A stretch of DNA of 64,000 bases from assembly GCA_014879575.1 (NCBI GenBank), contig JACSRU010000113.1:2390-66389 (forward strand), written 5' to 3'. The translations under genes were made by a program, and so were the position numbers. Source of the stretch: Chthoniobacterales bacterium (lineage in GTDB: Bacteria; Verrucomicrobiota; Verrucomicrobiia; Chthoniobacterales; Terrimicrobiaceae). Positions 37,734 to 47,026 of this stretch are shown piece by piece. The notes under the pieces were generated by a model, which searched no databases, was not told where the DNA came from, and worked only from the letters and a program-made list of their open reading frames with translations. Positions within the stretch are counted from its first letter, which is position 1. The number at the start of each line of letters is the position of its first letter.

Positions 37734-38021
37734 TTAGTGTTTGAGAATTTCGACCAGACGCCAGCGTTTCTGACGGCTGAGTGGACGGGTTTCCATGATG
37801 CTCACACGATCGCCAACCTTGGCTTCGTTCTTTTCATCGTGGGCATGAAATTTTGCGACGTGCTTGGTGATCTTTCCGAATTTCGGGTGAGGCACGCGGG
37901 TGACTGTGCGGACAACGATGGTTTTGTCCATGGCATCCGAGACGACTTCGCCCACGCGGGTCTTCCGAAGTGAGCGGTCGCGAACAGTCGTGGTTTCAGG
38001 TGTGGAGATGGGTTCGCTCAT
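37734..38021 (-). CDS. rpsQ: 30S ribosomal protein S17
   Basis: [19 protein letters not shown]...[13 protein letters not shown]. Confidence 0.94.
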   Translation of the reverse strand: MSEPISTPETTTVRDRSLRKTRVGEVVSDAMDKTIVVRTVTRVPHPKFGKITKHVAKFHAHDEKNEAKVGDRVSIMETRPLSRQKRWRLVEILKH

Positions 38022-38224
38022 TTCTTTGCGGTGGTTGGCCGTGTTTTTTGGCTCAGCACGGTTTCAATTTTTGCGATGTTGCGGCGGAGGAGGTGAAGCA
38101 TGTGGGGCTTCTCGAGCTGTCCGCTCTGTTGTTGCACGCGCAGGTTGAAGATTTCTTCGCGCAGCTCGCGCTTGCGGGTGAAAAGTTCCTTCGCGGTGAG
38201 TTCTTTGATTTCAGCGATCTTCAT
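38018..38224 (-). CDS. rpmC: 50S ribosomal protein L29
   Basis: 68 aa; [13 protein letters not shown]; conserved position. Confidence 0.92.
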   Translation of the reverse strand: MKIAEIKELTAKELFTRKRELREEIFNLRVQQQSGQLEKPHMLHLLRRNIAKIETVLSQKTRPTTAKK

Positions 38225-38232
38225 GGCGGGAA

Positions 38233-38652
38233 TCAGCCGGCGTGGTGGCGGGCGATAAAACGGGTGCGAACCGGGAGTTTGTTGGCCGCGAGGCGCAGGG
38301 ATTCGCGGGCGACGGTCTCGGAGACACCGTCGAGTTCAAAAAGGATGTTCCCGGGGCGCACGACGGCGACCCAGTATTCCGGCTGCCCCTTGCCTTTTCC
38401 CATTCGGGTTTCCGGGGGACGGGAGGTCACGGATTTGTCCGGGAAGATCCGGATCCAGAGCTTTCCCTTGCGTTTCATGTTGCGGGTGAGTGCGACACGG
38501 GCGGCTTCAATCTGGGTATTGGTGATCCAGGCGCGTTCGAGCGTCTGAAGGCCGAATTCCCCGAAATCGATACGAATATTGCGTGAGGCAAGTCCCTTGC
38601 GGCTCCCCCGCTGGGTTTTGCGATACTTCACGCGTTTTGGCAACAATGGCAT
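38233..38652 (-). CDS. rplP: 50S ribosomal protein L16
   Basis: [17 protein letters not shown]-terminus. Confidence 0.96.
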   Translation of the reverse strand: MPLLPKRVKYRKTQRGSRKGLASRNIRIDFGEFGLQTLERAWITNTQIEAARVALTRNMKRKGKLWIRIFPDKSVTSRPPETRMGKGKGQPEYWVAVVRPGNILFELDGVSETVARESLRLAANKLPVRTRFIARHHAG

Positions 38653-38684
38653 GTCAGGTCCCTTCTAAAAAATTTGTGATTCGA

Positions 38685-39380
38685 TCAGGCGGCTGGCTCG
38701 AATGCTTCCTTGGGTTCAGGTTTCTTGGATGTCTCGTTTTTTTCCACCTCTACATCCTCCTGTTTCTTGCAGATCCAGCACTTGATGCCGATCTTGCCGG
38801 CAACCGTCATGGCTTCGGTAAAGCCGTAGTCAATCGGGGTGCGAAGGGTATGGAGGGGCACCTTGCCTTCGCGATACCATTCGGTGCGGGCGATTTCCGC
38901 GCCGCCGAGACGGCCCGAGGCCCGAATCTTGATTCCGAGAGCTCCTTGCTCCATGGAGATTTGCACCGCGCGCTTCATGGCACGGCGGAAGGAAATGCGC
39001 CGCTCGAGCTGGGACGCAACGTTCTCGGCGACCAACTGGGCGTCGAGATCCGGGCTCTTGATTTCCACAATGTCGATTTTCACGGACTTCCCCCCGGCGA
39101 GGTCGCTGACTTCCTTCGTAAGGTTCTCGATTTCGGACCCGCGACGTCCGATCACCACGCCGGGTCGGGCCGTGTGAATGGTCACACGCAGGCTGTTCCA
39201 GGCGCGCTCGATCACGATGCGGGCGACAGCGGCCTGCTTGAGCTTCTTTTTCAGGGTTTCGCGGATTTTGGCATCGGCGAGAAGGTAGTCGGCAAAATCT
39301 TTGCGTGAGGCATGCCAGCGCGATCCCCAGTCACGGGTGATCGGGAGGCGGAATCCGGTTGGATTGACTTTTTGTCCCAT
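38685..39380 (-). CDS. rpsC: 30S ribosomal protein S3
   Basis: [13 protein letters not shown]-terminus; acidic/lysine-rich C-terminal tail. Confidence 0.96.
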   Translation of the reverse strand: MGQKVNPTGFRLPITRDWGSRWHASRKDFADYLLADAKIRETLKKKLKQAAVARIVIERAWNSLRVTIHTARPGVVIGRRGSEIENLTKEVSDLAGGKSVKIDIVEIKSPDLDAQLVAENVASQLERRISFRRAMKRAVQISMEQGALGIKIRASGRLGGAEIARTEWYREGKVPLHTLRTPIDYGFTEAMTVAGKIGIKCWICKKQEDVEVEKNETSKKPEPKEAFEPAA

Positions 39381-39383
39381 GGT

Positions 39384-39842
39384 TTACTCCTTGGAATCCG
39401 CTGCGGGGGCGGATGGTTCTGTGGCTGGCTTTTCGGGAGCCGGTTTTGCGGTCGCTTTTTTGGAGCGGGGCTTTTTGGTTTTTTCCGCAGGCTTGCGGCG
39501 TTTGATTTCGATTTCGTCGGTGAGAGTGATGCGGATGTGGCTGGTGCGTTTCCGGATGGGACCGGCGCTTCCGCGGGCTTTGGGTTGCGAACGCTTAAAG
39601 GTTGGCCCTTCGCCCACGACCGCCTCCTGCACGACGAGCGAGTCCGCGTGAAGGTTGTTGTTGTTTTCGGCGTTGGCAATCGCGCTCTTGAGCGTCTTGA
39701 TGACGAGCAGGGCGGCCTTTTTTGGGGTGAAGCGGAGGATGTCCAAAGCTTCCGTGGCGGGAAGGCCCTGGATGGCACGGGTGACCTCCCTCGCCTTAAA
39801 GGCGGAGATCCTCGCGTATTTGTAACTGGATTTTACCTGCAT
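39384..39842 (-). CDS. rplV: 50S ribosomal protein L22 with lysine/proline-rich C-terminal tail
   Basis: ARISAFKAREVTRAIQG...SAIANAENN core, followed by ~45 aa KRRKPAEKTKKPRSKKATAKPAPEKPA. Confidence 0.94.
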   Translation of the reverse strand: MQVKSSYKYARISAFKAREVTRAIQGLPATEALDILRFTPKKAALLVIKTLKSAIANAENNNNLHADSLVVQEAVVGEGPTFKRSQPKARGSAGPIRKRTSHIRITLTDEIEIKRRKPAEKTKKPRSKKATAKPAPEKPATEPSAPAADSKE

Positions 39843-39861
39843 GTCGTTGTTTGTTAAAAAG

Positions 39862-40647
39862 TCATTGTTTGGCGTCCACCCGGAGACGGTCGCCGGTTTT
39901 CACGGTTTCTTTTTCCGATTCGAGATTTTGAATCACCGCGCCACAAATGCGGTCCCGCACATCCACCACGCGCACATTTCCAATCCGGCGGTTGTCGCGC
40001 CAGACTTGGAAGGGCATCCCCACTTTGACTCCGTGCTTGGCTCCGATGTTTCCGACCACCAGGGAGAGATCCTCCTTGGTATCCACCACCATGCCATCCG
40101 ACAGCGTCGCGTCCAGGCTTTGGGCCGGTGCGGCATCCGGATTTCCCAGGATTTCCCGCGTTTTCCTCAATTCGGTTTCGACGGCCATTCTGCTCTGCGG
40201 AGGGATTCCCTCTGTCGTCTTGATGAGGATCTGGATGCTCTCGGTGAGCCGGACCAGCTGATTGACGGCGTCTTCGTTCTGCTTTTTCAGAAGACGGAGG
40301 TCGCGCACAGCAGCCAGGAGACGCTGTTCGACCTTTTCCGGTTCCTTGTCGAGACCGGCCAAGCCGTAAGCATCCAATTTGAGCTGAAGTTCGGAGGCCT
40401 GACGCTTGAACACCTCGGCCTCATTATTGGCCATTGCCAGGCTCTCCGTAAGAGCCTTGATCGAGGAACGGGCAAGCACCAACTTTTCCTCCAAGCCTCC
40501 AGGAGAAGTCTCCTCCGGAACAGGGATTAGAATCTCCTGTCCCATCGGGACTGATTCAAAATCTTTCAAAGAGCGATTGTCCTGGGCCAGGGATCCGAAG
40601 ATTCCCGGAAGGACGAGAAAGGCTGCCGCCGTGGCGACAACTTTCAT
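39862..40647 (-). CDS. exported coiled-coil protein of unknown function embedded in the S10 operon
   Basis: Starts 3 nt after the rpsS stop and ends 19 nt before the rplV start. Signal-like MKVVATAAAFLVLPGIFGSLAQD, a long charged helical segment, and a beta-rich C-terminus GAKHGVKVGMPFQVWRDNRRIGNVRVVDVRDRICGAVIQ..VKTGDRLRV. Confidence 0.75.
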   Translation of the reverse strand: MKVVATAAAFLVLPGIFGSLAQDNRSLKDFESVPMGQEILIPVPEETSPGGLEEKLVLARSSIKALTESLAMANNEAEVFKRQASELQLKLDAYGLAGLDKEPEKVEQRLLAAVRDLRLLKKQNEDAVNQLVRLTESIQILIKTTEGIPPQSRMAVETELRKTREILGNPDAAPAQSLDATLSDGMVVDTKEDLSLVVGNIGAKHGVKVGMPFQVWRDNRRIGNVRVVDVRDRICGAVIQNLESEKETVKTGDRLRVDAKQ

Positions 40648-40650
40648 GGG

Positions 40651-40929
40651 TTATTTGGTCACTTTAGCGGTGTGAGAACCGTGTTTCTTGAAAATGCGTG
40701 TCGGGGAAAATTCCCCCAACTTGTGTCCGACCATGTTCTCCGTCACAAACACCGGGATGAATGTTTTGCCGTTATGAACGTTGAAGGTATGTCCGACAAA
40801 ATCGGGAGTGACCGTGCTGCGGCGCGACCAGGTTTTGATCGGTTTCTTGATGCCGGAATCGTTCATCCGGTCAATTTTATCGAGGAGCTTCCACTCGACG
40901 AAGGGGCCTTTTTTTAGGGAGCGTGCCAT
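40651..40929 (-). CDS. rpsS: 30S ribosomal protein S19
   Basis: [11 protein letters not shown]-terminus; [11 protein letters not shown]. Confidence 0.96.
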   Translation of the reverse strand: MARSLKKGPFVEWKLLDKIDRMNDSGIKKPIKTWSRRSTVTPDFVGHTFNVHNGKTFIPVFVTENMVGHKLGEFSPTRIFKKHGSHTAKVTK

Positions 40930-40931
40930 GG

Positions 40932-41780
40932 TTAGTTTTTAGCTTTGGCCTTGCGGCGCTGGACGATGAAAGTATCGGACGGTTTGTGTTTGCGGCGGGT
41001 TTTGAAGCCTTTGGCAAGCTGGCCCCACGGGGACATCGGGTGGTGACGTCCGCCGCCGCCCTTGCTCTTGCCCTGGCCGCCACCCATGGGATGATCCACC
41101 GGGTTCATGACCATTCCGCGGACATGCGGACGACGGCCAAGCCAGCGGCTGCGGCCGGCCTTTCCGGCGGAGACATTCATGTGATCGGTGTTTCCGATCT
41201 GGCCGATTGTGGCATAACAATTCTCGTTGATCTTGCGAATTTCTCCCGAGGCAAGTTTCACAAGGGCAAAGCCACCCTCACGGTTCGCAAGAATCGCGAC
41301 CGTGCCGGCGCTGCGGATGATCTGCCCCCCCCGCCCGGGAGTCAGTTCCACGTTGTGAATGGAGGAACCGAGAGGGATGGATTTGAGCGGGAGGGCGTTT
41401 CCGACGGAAGGATCCGCGCTCTCCCCGGCTGAGATTTTTCCGCCGACTTGGAGGCCGACGGGCGCGAGAATATATGCCTTTTCCCCATCGGTGTATTGAA
41501 GGAGCGCGAGGCGCGCGGAGCGGTTCGGATCGTATTCGATGCCAAGCACCTCCGCGACGACGCCGCGTTTTGAGCGCTTAAAGTCGATGATCCGATAGCG
41601 GCGTTTGTGGCCTCCGCCGCGGTGGCGCATGGTGATGCGCCCCTGATTGTTGCGACCGCCGGTGCGTTTGATGGTTTCGGTGAGTTTCTTCTCCGGCGCA
41701 TCCTTGGTGATCTCGGCAAAATCCGGCAGGATCTTGAAGCGGCTGGTCGGAGTGAGTGGTCTGAAAGTCTTGAGTGCCAT
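40932..41780 (-). CDS. rplB: 50S ribosomal protein L2
   Basis: [21 protein letters not shown] motif. Confidence 0.96.
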   Translation of the reverse strand: MALKTFRPLTPTSRFKILPDFAEITKDAPEKKLTETIKRTGGRNNQGRITMRHRGGGHKRRYRIIDFKRSKRGVVAEVLGIEYDPNRSARLALLQYTDGEKAYILAPVGLQVGGKISAGESADPSVGNALPLKSIPLGSSIHNVELTPGRGGQIIRSAGTVAILANREGGFALVKLASGEIRKINENCYATIGQIGNTDHMNVSAGKAGRSRWLGRRPHVRGMVMNPVDHPMGGGQGKSKGGGGRHHPMSPWGQLAKGFKTRRKHKPSDTFIVQRRKAKAKN

Positions 41781-41789
41781 GAGAGTTCC

Positions 41790-42074
41790 TTAGACGAAGT
41801 CGAGCTTTTCGCCGGGTTTGAGAGTGACGACCGCCTTTTTCCAGTGCGGGCGGCGACCATAATCGGCCCGGCGTTCCCGCTTTTTCTTCCCGGAAAAGTT
41901 TGCTGTGTTCACATCGAGCACCTTCTTTTTGAAGGTCGCCTCGATCGCGCGCTTGATTTGGAGCTTGTTGGCCGCCGGATTGACGCGAAAGACGTATTTG
42001 TTGAGTTTTTCCGAGAGAAGCGTGGCCTTCTCGGTCAGGATGACGGTTTGGATATGGTCGTGGACTTCGTTCAT
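41790..42074 (-). CDS. rplW: 50S ribosomal protein L23
   Basis: 94 aa; KYVFRVNPAANKLQIKRAIE. Confidence 0.94.
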   Translation of the reverse strand: MNEVHDHIQTVILTEKATLLSEKLNKYVFRVNPAANKLQIKRAIEATFKKKVLDVNTANFSGKKKRERRADYGRRPHWKKAVVTLKPGEKLDFV

Positions 42075-42688
42075 GACGCGAGCCTTTCGGAGAGTTTTTC
42101 GAGGGCGTCCCTGGTGAGGACGATTTTGTCAAACGCGAGAAGCTGCTCGGTATTCACGTCATCCGCGCGGGTGAGCTGGGCACTGGCGACATTCCGGGCA
42201 GCCTTGAATGTGGTTTCGTCGAACGCAGCCGAGACGATGAGCGTCTTGCGGGCCTTCGCGGCGGTCTCGCTGAGGAGGGAAACAAAAAGTTTCGTTTTCG
42301 GCTCCGCGACGGCAAACTTATCCACTAGCAGGACATCGCCGCCGAGGATGCGTGCGCTGAGGGCTTTGCGGAAAGCCAACTTCTTGACGGCCTTCGGTGT
42401 GTTTTTCGTGTAATCCCGGGGTCTGGGACCGTGGGCGGCTCCGCCTCCCACCCAGACCGGGCTGGAGAAATAGCCGGCGCGGGCGCGTCCGGTGCCTTTT
42501 TGGCGCCAGGGCTTGCGACCGGAGAGATTAACCTCGGCCTTGGTCTTGGCACAGGCTGTTCCGCTGCGCCGGGCCGCCTGGATGGCAACCACGACATCAT
42601 GCACGGCCTGCCGGCCTTTGGATTCTTCGGTGATCAATTGGATTTTCGCCTTCTCTGCATCGGCGGCTGTAAGGACGGTCGCGCTCAT
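42071..42688 (-). CDS. rplD: 50S ribosomal protein L4
   Basis: GRKPWRQKGTGRARAG motif. ATG at 42688 (MSATVLTAAD); the track ORF opens at TTG 42709. Confidence 0.94.
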   Translation of the reverse strand: MSATVLTAADAEKAKIQLITEESKGRQAVHDVVVAIQAARRSGTACAKTKAEVNLSGRKPWRQKGTGRARAGYFSSPVWVGGGAAHGPRPRDYTKNTPKAVKKLAFRKALSARILGGDVLLVDKFAVAEPKTKLFVSLLSETAAKARKTLIVSAAFDETTFKAARNVASAQLTRADDVNTEQLLAFDKIVLTRDALEKLSERLAS

Positions 42689-42809
42689 GGTTATTTGTGC
42701 TGCGGACAAGGCACGACGGCGTTTCCCGTGGAGACGACTTGATCGTGTTTGTCTGTTTGCATGTTCATAAAAAAAGTTTCCCGGTCAGCCCTCGGAAGGC
42801 TCAGGGGAC

Positions 42810-42830
42810 AAAAAAACCACGCATGCGTGG
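42810..42830 (-). terminator. short GC hairpin + U7 on the minus strand (ECF-sigma terminator and/or rplD-leader attenuator)
   Basis: The minus strand reads ccacgcatgcgtgg (42830-42817) followed by ttttttt (42816-42810). 162 nt downstream of the sigma stop and 122 nt upstream of the rplD ATG. Confidence 0.35.
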
Positions 42831-42866
42831 TAATGTGCGTCCACCCGACTACTCGCGGGAGGGAGG

Positions 42867-42894
42867 AGTTTACGAATCGATGTTTCTTAGGCAA
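42867..42894 (-). promoter_or_regulatory. candidate sigma-70-type promoter for the rplD operon
   Basis: Minus strand: TTGCCT (42894-42889), a 16-nt spacer, then TAAACT (42872-42867). Pattern match only. Confidence 0.2.
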
Positions 42895-42991
42895 GAAGAA
42901 AAATACAGATTTCTGAAAATATTTTTCCGCCCGCCCTTTTTCCCTGTTCGGAGGTGCTGGCGACGTCCAAAAAAGGCCAGGGTTCGGCGAC

Positions 42992-43591
42992 TCACCCGGC
43001 CAGGTGATTTTTCAGGCGTTCGCGCAGATCGGTTCTGGCGCGGAACAGCAGACTCTTGACGGAAGGCACCGAGGTTTTCAGAACCTTGGCAATGTCTTCG
43101 TAGGGCATATTTTCAAAACGGCGGAGCACGACGGCCAGGCGCTGGGCCTCCGGAAGTGCGGCGATTGCCTTTGTGAGCGCCACCTGCAATTCGACCTCCA
43201 CGATCTCCTCGGACGGCGACCGGGCGGAGGAATCCACGTGCCCGGGCGGGGGATGGACGGCATCTCCAGGATCCAGCGGGACGAGGCGGGCGCGCTGACG
43301 GCGCCGCATTTCATTAAATACGAGATTGCGCGTGATGGTCAGAAGCCAGGTGGTAAATTTTGCCGAAGGATTGTATCGCGGGGCGCTGTTCCAGACGCGA
43401 AGGAAGACCTGCTGGGCGATGTCCTCGGCATCGGATTCCCCGCCGAGCATCTTGGCAATGGTTCCGACGACACGGAACTGGTGACGTTCGACCAGCGTCT
43501 CAAAGGCACGCTCGTCCCCGGCTTTCACCGCAAGCATGAGAACTATATCCTCGGCACCCTGTCCGGGATCTGGAGTGGAACTGGCGGTCAT
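42992..43591 (-). CDS. ECF (group 4) sigma-70 factor
   Basis: Region 2 (FETLVERHQFRVVGTIAKML...AEDIAQQVFLRVW, TWLLTITRNLVFN) and region 4 (LPEAQRLAVVLRRFENMPYEDIAKVLKTSVPSVKSLLFRAR). Start at MTASSTPD (ATG 43591). Confidence 0.85.
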   Translation of the reverse strand: MTASSTPDPGQGAEDIVLMLAVKAGDERAFETLVERHQFRVVGTIAKMLGGESDAEDIAQQVFLRVWNSAPRYNPSAKFTTWLLTITRNLVFNEMRRRQRARLVPLDPGDAVHPPPGHVDSSARSPSEEIVEVELQVALTKAIAALPEAQRLAVVLRRFENMPYEDIAKVLKTSVPSVKSLLFRARTDLRERLKNHLAG

Positions 43592-43800
43592 CAGCGAAAA
43601 GAAAATCGCCCACGAGGATGACAACTTTTTGCGGGCGCGCCAATTTATCTCTTTTGATGCGGATCGCCTTGAATCCGTTGAGCCTCCTATACTCCGGTCG
43701 CCATGGGACGAGGTCGGTTGCACTGATTGTTGAGGGCGAAATCGTTGCCCAAAAGCAGCGAAAACTGGCAAAACACGATGCGATGTGACACATTCCCGGC

Positions 43801-45072
43801 ATGTCAGAAAAATCCCTGCGGAAGTCGCTCCAGATTTACAAGGGTCTGGTCGAGGTCAGCGGGTTGATCAACTCGATTACCGACTATGGCGAGTTGCTGC
43901 GGGCGATTTTGGACGTGGCGCGACGTGTGATCCGGGCGGAAGCGGCCTCGTTGTTCCTTGTGGATCCGGGGAGCGGGGGATTGGAGCTGGCCATTGCGAC
44001 GCGGGGGGAGACCGGCTACGTCGAGCCCAAGCTCTCGGTGCCGCGCGGGAAGGGAATTGCCGGGTGGGTCTTCGAACATGCGGAGCCGCTGCTGATTCCG
44101 GATGCCTACCAGGATGAACGCTTCTTCAAGGAGGCCGACAAAAAAACCGGCTTCACAACCCGATCAATTCTCTGCGCCCCCCTGAAATGCGAGTCCAAAA
44201 TCCTGGGGATTCTGCAGGTATTGAATCCCCGGGATAAGCCGGCTTTCGAGGTGGAGGATTTCGAGGGGTTTTGCGCCTACGCCAACCTCACCGCGACCGC
44301 CCTCGAAAAATTGCAGGCTCTCGAAAAAATCCGGGCGCAGGAACGTGTCGAGCGCGATCTGGCCATCGCAGCGGAAATCCAGAGGGAGCTTCTTTCCCGG
44401 GCGATCCCAAAAATTGTGTGTGGCGCCACGTTTTCCGCCCATAATACGCCGGCCGCAAATGTGGGAGGGGACTTTTATGGGGTCTTTACCCTGGGGTCAG
44501 GCGATCTGTGTTTTGTCATTGGGGATGTCTCGGGCAAGGGAATCTCGGCCGCCCTGCTCATGGCCCAAACACTGAGCGCCTTGCGCTTTGTGCTGGCGGA
44601 ATCCCCGGAGCCGGCCGCCGCGCTGGCCCGCCTCAACGAGGCTGTCTTTGCCAATGCCATCCGCGGAATGTTTATCACGGCACTGATCGGAAAAATGACA
44701 CTTTCCTCGCGCAAGGTGGAAATTGCCAGCGCCGGACATTGCCCGCCGCTGCTTGTCACGGCGGAGGGTTCGGTCTCCCGGATGGACCTTCCCACAACCA
44801 TGCCCTTGGGAATCCTCCCCAAAATGACCTGCACGCATAGCACGGTGGTCCTTGAGCCCGGTGACCGGATTGTCGCCTACACGGACGGGTTGAGCGAATC
44901 CCGTCAGGAAGGCGGCACCACACAGTTTGACGAACACCTGCTTGTCCGGGCCGCTGGGACGGCCGGGAGCACGGAAATCCTTCGTGATCGCCTTGTGAAC
45001 GCGGAACTCCTGCATCGTGGGACTGGTCGGCAGCTCGACGACCTGACGGTTTTGGTGGGAGGATTCGAATGA
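43801..45072 (+). CDS. GAF-domain PP2C (SpoIIE/RsbU-type) serine phosphatase
   Basis: N-terminal GAF (ASLFLVD...GIAGWVFE...ILGILQVLN), then AAEIQRELL, GGDFYGVF, DVSGKGISAAL, YTDGLSE. Confidence 0.85.
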   Translation: MSEKSLRKSLQIYKGLVEVSGLINSITDYGELLRAILDVARRVIRAEAASLFLVDPGSGGLELAIATRGETGYVEPKLSVPRGKGIAGWVFEHAEPLLIPDAYQDERFFKEADKKTGFTTRSILCAPLKCESKILGILQVLNPRDKPAFEVEDFEGFCAYANLTATALEKLQALEKIRAQERVERDLAIAAEIQRELLSRAIPKIVCGATFSAHNTPAANVGGDFYGVFTLGSGDLCFVIGDVSGKGISAALLMAQTLSALRFVLAESPEPAAALARLNEAVFANAIRGMFITALIGKMTLSSRKVEIASAGHCPPLLVTAEGSVSRMDLPTTMPLGILPKMTCTHSTVVLEPGDRIVAYTDGLSESRQEGGTTQFDEHLLVRAAGTAGSTEILRDRLVNAELLHRGTGRQLDDLTVLVGGFE

Positions 45073-45497
45073 AGCACACGATCTGCTTTGAAAGTGACAC
45101 CTGCCGACTGGCCGAAATTCGCCGGGCGGTTCGGGAATTTCTTTCAAAAAACGGATTCGACGACTGTGCGACGGAGTTGATGGTGCTGGCTCTGGACGAG
45201 GCCTGCACGAATGTCATCCGGCACGCCTACGACAACGCCTGCAAGCCGGTGCGTCTGGAAATGGTTTCCCTCAAGAGTCGCGTGCGCTTTGTGCTTCGAG
45301 ACTACGGCACGTCCTGCGACCCAGGAAAAATCCGCAGCCGTGATCTCGAAGACATCCGTCCCGGAGGCCTCGGCGTCCACATCATCAAACAGGCCTTTGA
45401 CACGGTGACATACTCTCCCCGTCCCAAGGGAACCCGTCTGGTTCTCGAAAAAGCGCGCCCCAACCACGGTGAAAGTCCGGGTGCGCTCGCCGGGTAA
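45069..45497 (+). CDS. RsbW/SpoIIAB-like anti-sigma serine kinase (HATPase_c)
   Basis: N-box LDEACTNVIRHAY, DYG, and GGLGVHIIKQAFD. 4-nt overlap with the phosphatase gene. Confidence 0.8.
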   Translation: MKHTICFESDTCRLAEIRRAVREFLSKNGFDDCATELMVLALDEACTNVIRHAYDNACKPVRLEMVSLKSRVRFVLRDYGTSCDPGKIRSRDLEDIRPGGLGVHIIKQAFDTVTYSPRPKGTRLVLEKARPNHGESPGALAG

Positions 45498-45506
45498 AAG
45501 CCGTCG

Positions 45507-46886
45507 CTAAAAATGGATCGCGTGGCCCTGGGAGGCGTGGGCGGCTTCGTGGACCGCTTCGCTCAGGGTCGGATGCGCGTGGATCGTGGCCAGCAGCTCC
45601 TCGTAGGTTGCCTCCATGGTGATCGCGAGGCCGAGCTCGGCAATCATTTCGGTGGCATCCGCCCCCACGATGTGCGCCCCGAGGATTTCCCCATGTTTTT
45701 CCCCGATGATGAGCTTGACGAAGCCCTCGCTCTCGCCGACGGCCTGGGCCTTGCCGCTGGCCATGAACGGAAATTTTCCGATCTTGAAAGCCAGTCCTTT
45801 TTCCTTGGCCGCGCGCTCCGTGAGCCCGACGCTGGCGACCTGGGGTTGACAATAGGTGCAGCCGGGCACGACGCTTGCCTTGCGGGGTTTCTTCCCCGCA
45901 AACATTCCTTCCACAGCCTGGATCGCCTCGAAGCTGGCGACATGGGCCAGCCACGGTGGGCCGATAATGTCGCCCGCGCCATAGACGCCCTTGACGCTGG
46001 TCTCGTAATTTTCGTCAACCTTGAGCCAGCCCTTCGCGTCGGTGTCGAGCTTGATCCCGTGCGGCATGAGCGGACTCACCCCGATGGCGACCAGCGCGAT
46101 GGCGGCTTCGAGTGTCTCGTTGGTCTTTCCGCTGACAGTGAGGCGCACGCCCTTGTTTGTCGTCTCGGCCTTTTCGACCTTGGTGCCTGCCAGGATTTTG
46201 ATTCCCTGCTTCGCAAGCGACTTTTCAAGCGTCTGACTGCACTCGGCATCCTCGATCGGCAGGATGTTTGGGAGCATTTCGACGAGTGTCACCTTTGTTC
46301 CAAAAGCGTTGAAGAAATAGGCGAACTCCACCCCGATGGCTCCCGCGCCGATGATGAGGATATCCTTGGGCTGTTCTGTGAGGACCATGGCCTGCTTGCT
46401 GCCGATGACGCTCTTCCCATTGAAGGGAAGCCCCGGCATCTCGCGGGCGACAACCCCGGTGCATACCAGGATCTTTGCCGCCTTGTATTCGGACTTTTTT
46501 CCGTCCTTGTCCGTGACTTCGACCACCCCGGACTTCGGGATCGTCGCCTCGCCGCGAATGTAATCAACCTTGTTTTTTTTGAAGAGCATCTCGATGCCCC
46601 CCGCCAAGCGGCCTGCAACCTTCCGGCTGCGATCGATGATTTTGTCCCACTCGTAGGCGAGGCCTTCGACCTTGAGTCCAAAATCCCCGGCATGATGCTT
46701 CAGGAGCTGGTAAACCTCCGCGTTTTTCAGAAGGGATTTTGTCGGAATGCAACCCCAGTTCAAACACGTCCCCCCGGCGCGATCCATTTCGACACACGCA
46801 ACCTTTTTTCCAAGTTGTCCCGCGCGAATCGCCCCCACGTAACCGGCCGGCCCCCCGCCCACAACAATCAAATCGTAATCTGCCAT
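45507..46886 (-). CDS. lpdA: dihydrolipoyl dehydrogenase
   Basis: MADYDLIVVGGGPAGY, GGTCLNWGCIPTK, and C-terminal HAHPTLSEAV. Start at ATG 46886. Confidence 0.92.
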   Translation of the reverse strand: MADYDLIVVGGGPAGYVGAIRAGQLGKKVACVEMDRAGGTCLNWGCIPTKSLLKNAEVYQLLKHHAGDFGLKVEGLAYEWDKIIDRSRKVAGRLAGGIEMLFKKNKVDYIRGEATIPKSGVVEVTDKDGKKSEYKAAKILVCTGVVAREMPGLPFNGKSVIGSKQAMVLTEQPKDILIIGAGAIGVEFAYFFNAFGTKVTLVEMLPNILPIEDAECSQTLEKSLAKQGIKILAGTKVEKAETTNKGVRLTVSGKTNETLEAAIALVAIGVSPLMPHGIKLDTDAKGWLKVDENYETSVKGVYGAGDIIGPPWLAHVASFEAIQAVEGMFAGKKPRKASVVPGCTYCQPQVASVGLTERAAKEKGLAFKIGKFPFMASGKAQAVGESEGFVKLIIGEKHGEILGAHIVGADATEMIAELGLAITMEATYEELLATIHAHPTLSEAVHEAAHASQGHAIHF

Positions 46887-47026
46887 AAGTTTTTTAATAG
46901 AGCGCGCCAACATTGAACACAAACGGACCCGGATGCAACCGCGAAGCGTTCCGGATTTTCCTGGATACGATTTGCCGGAGGGGGGAATTATTGCGCGGAG
47001 GGGATGCGATTGCCGCAGCCTCTGCG

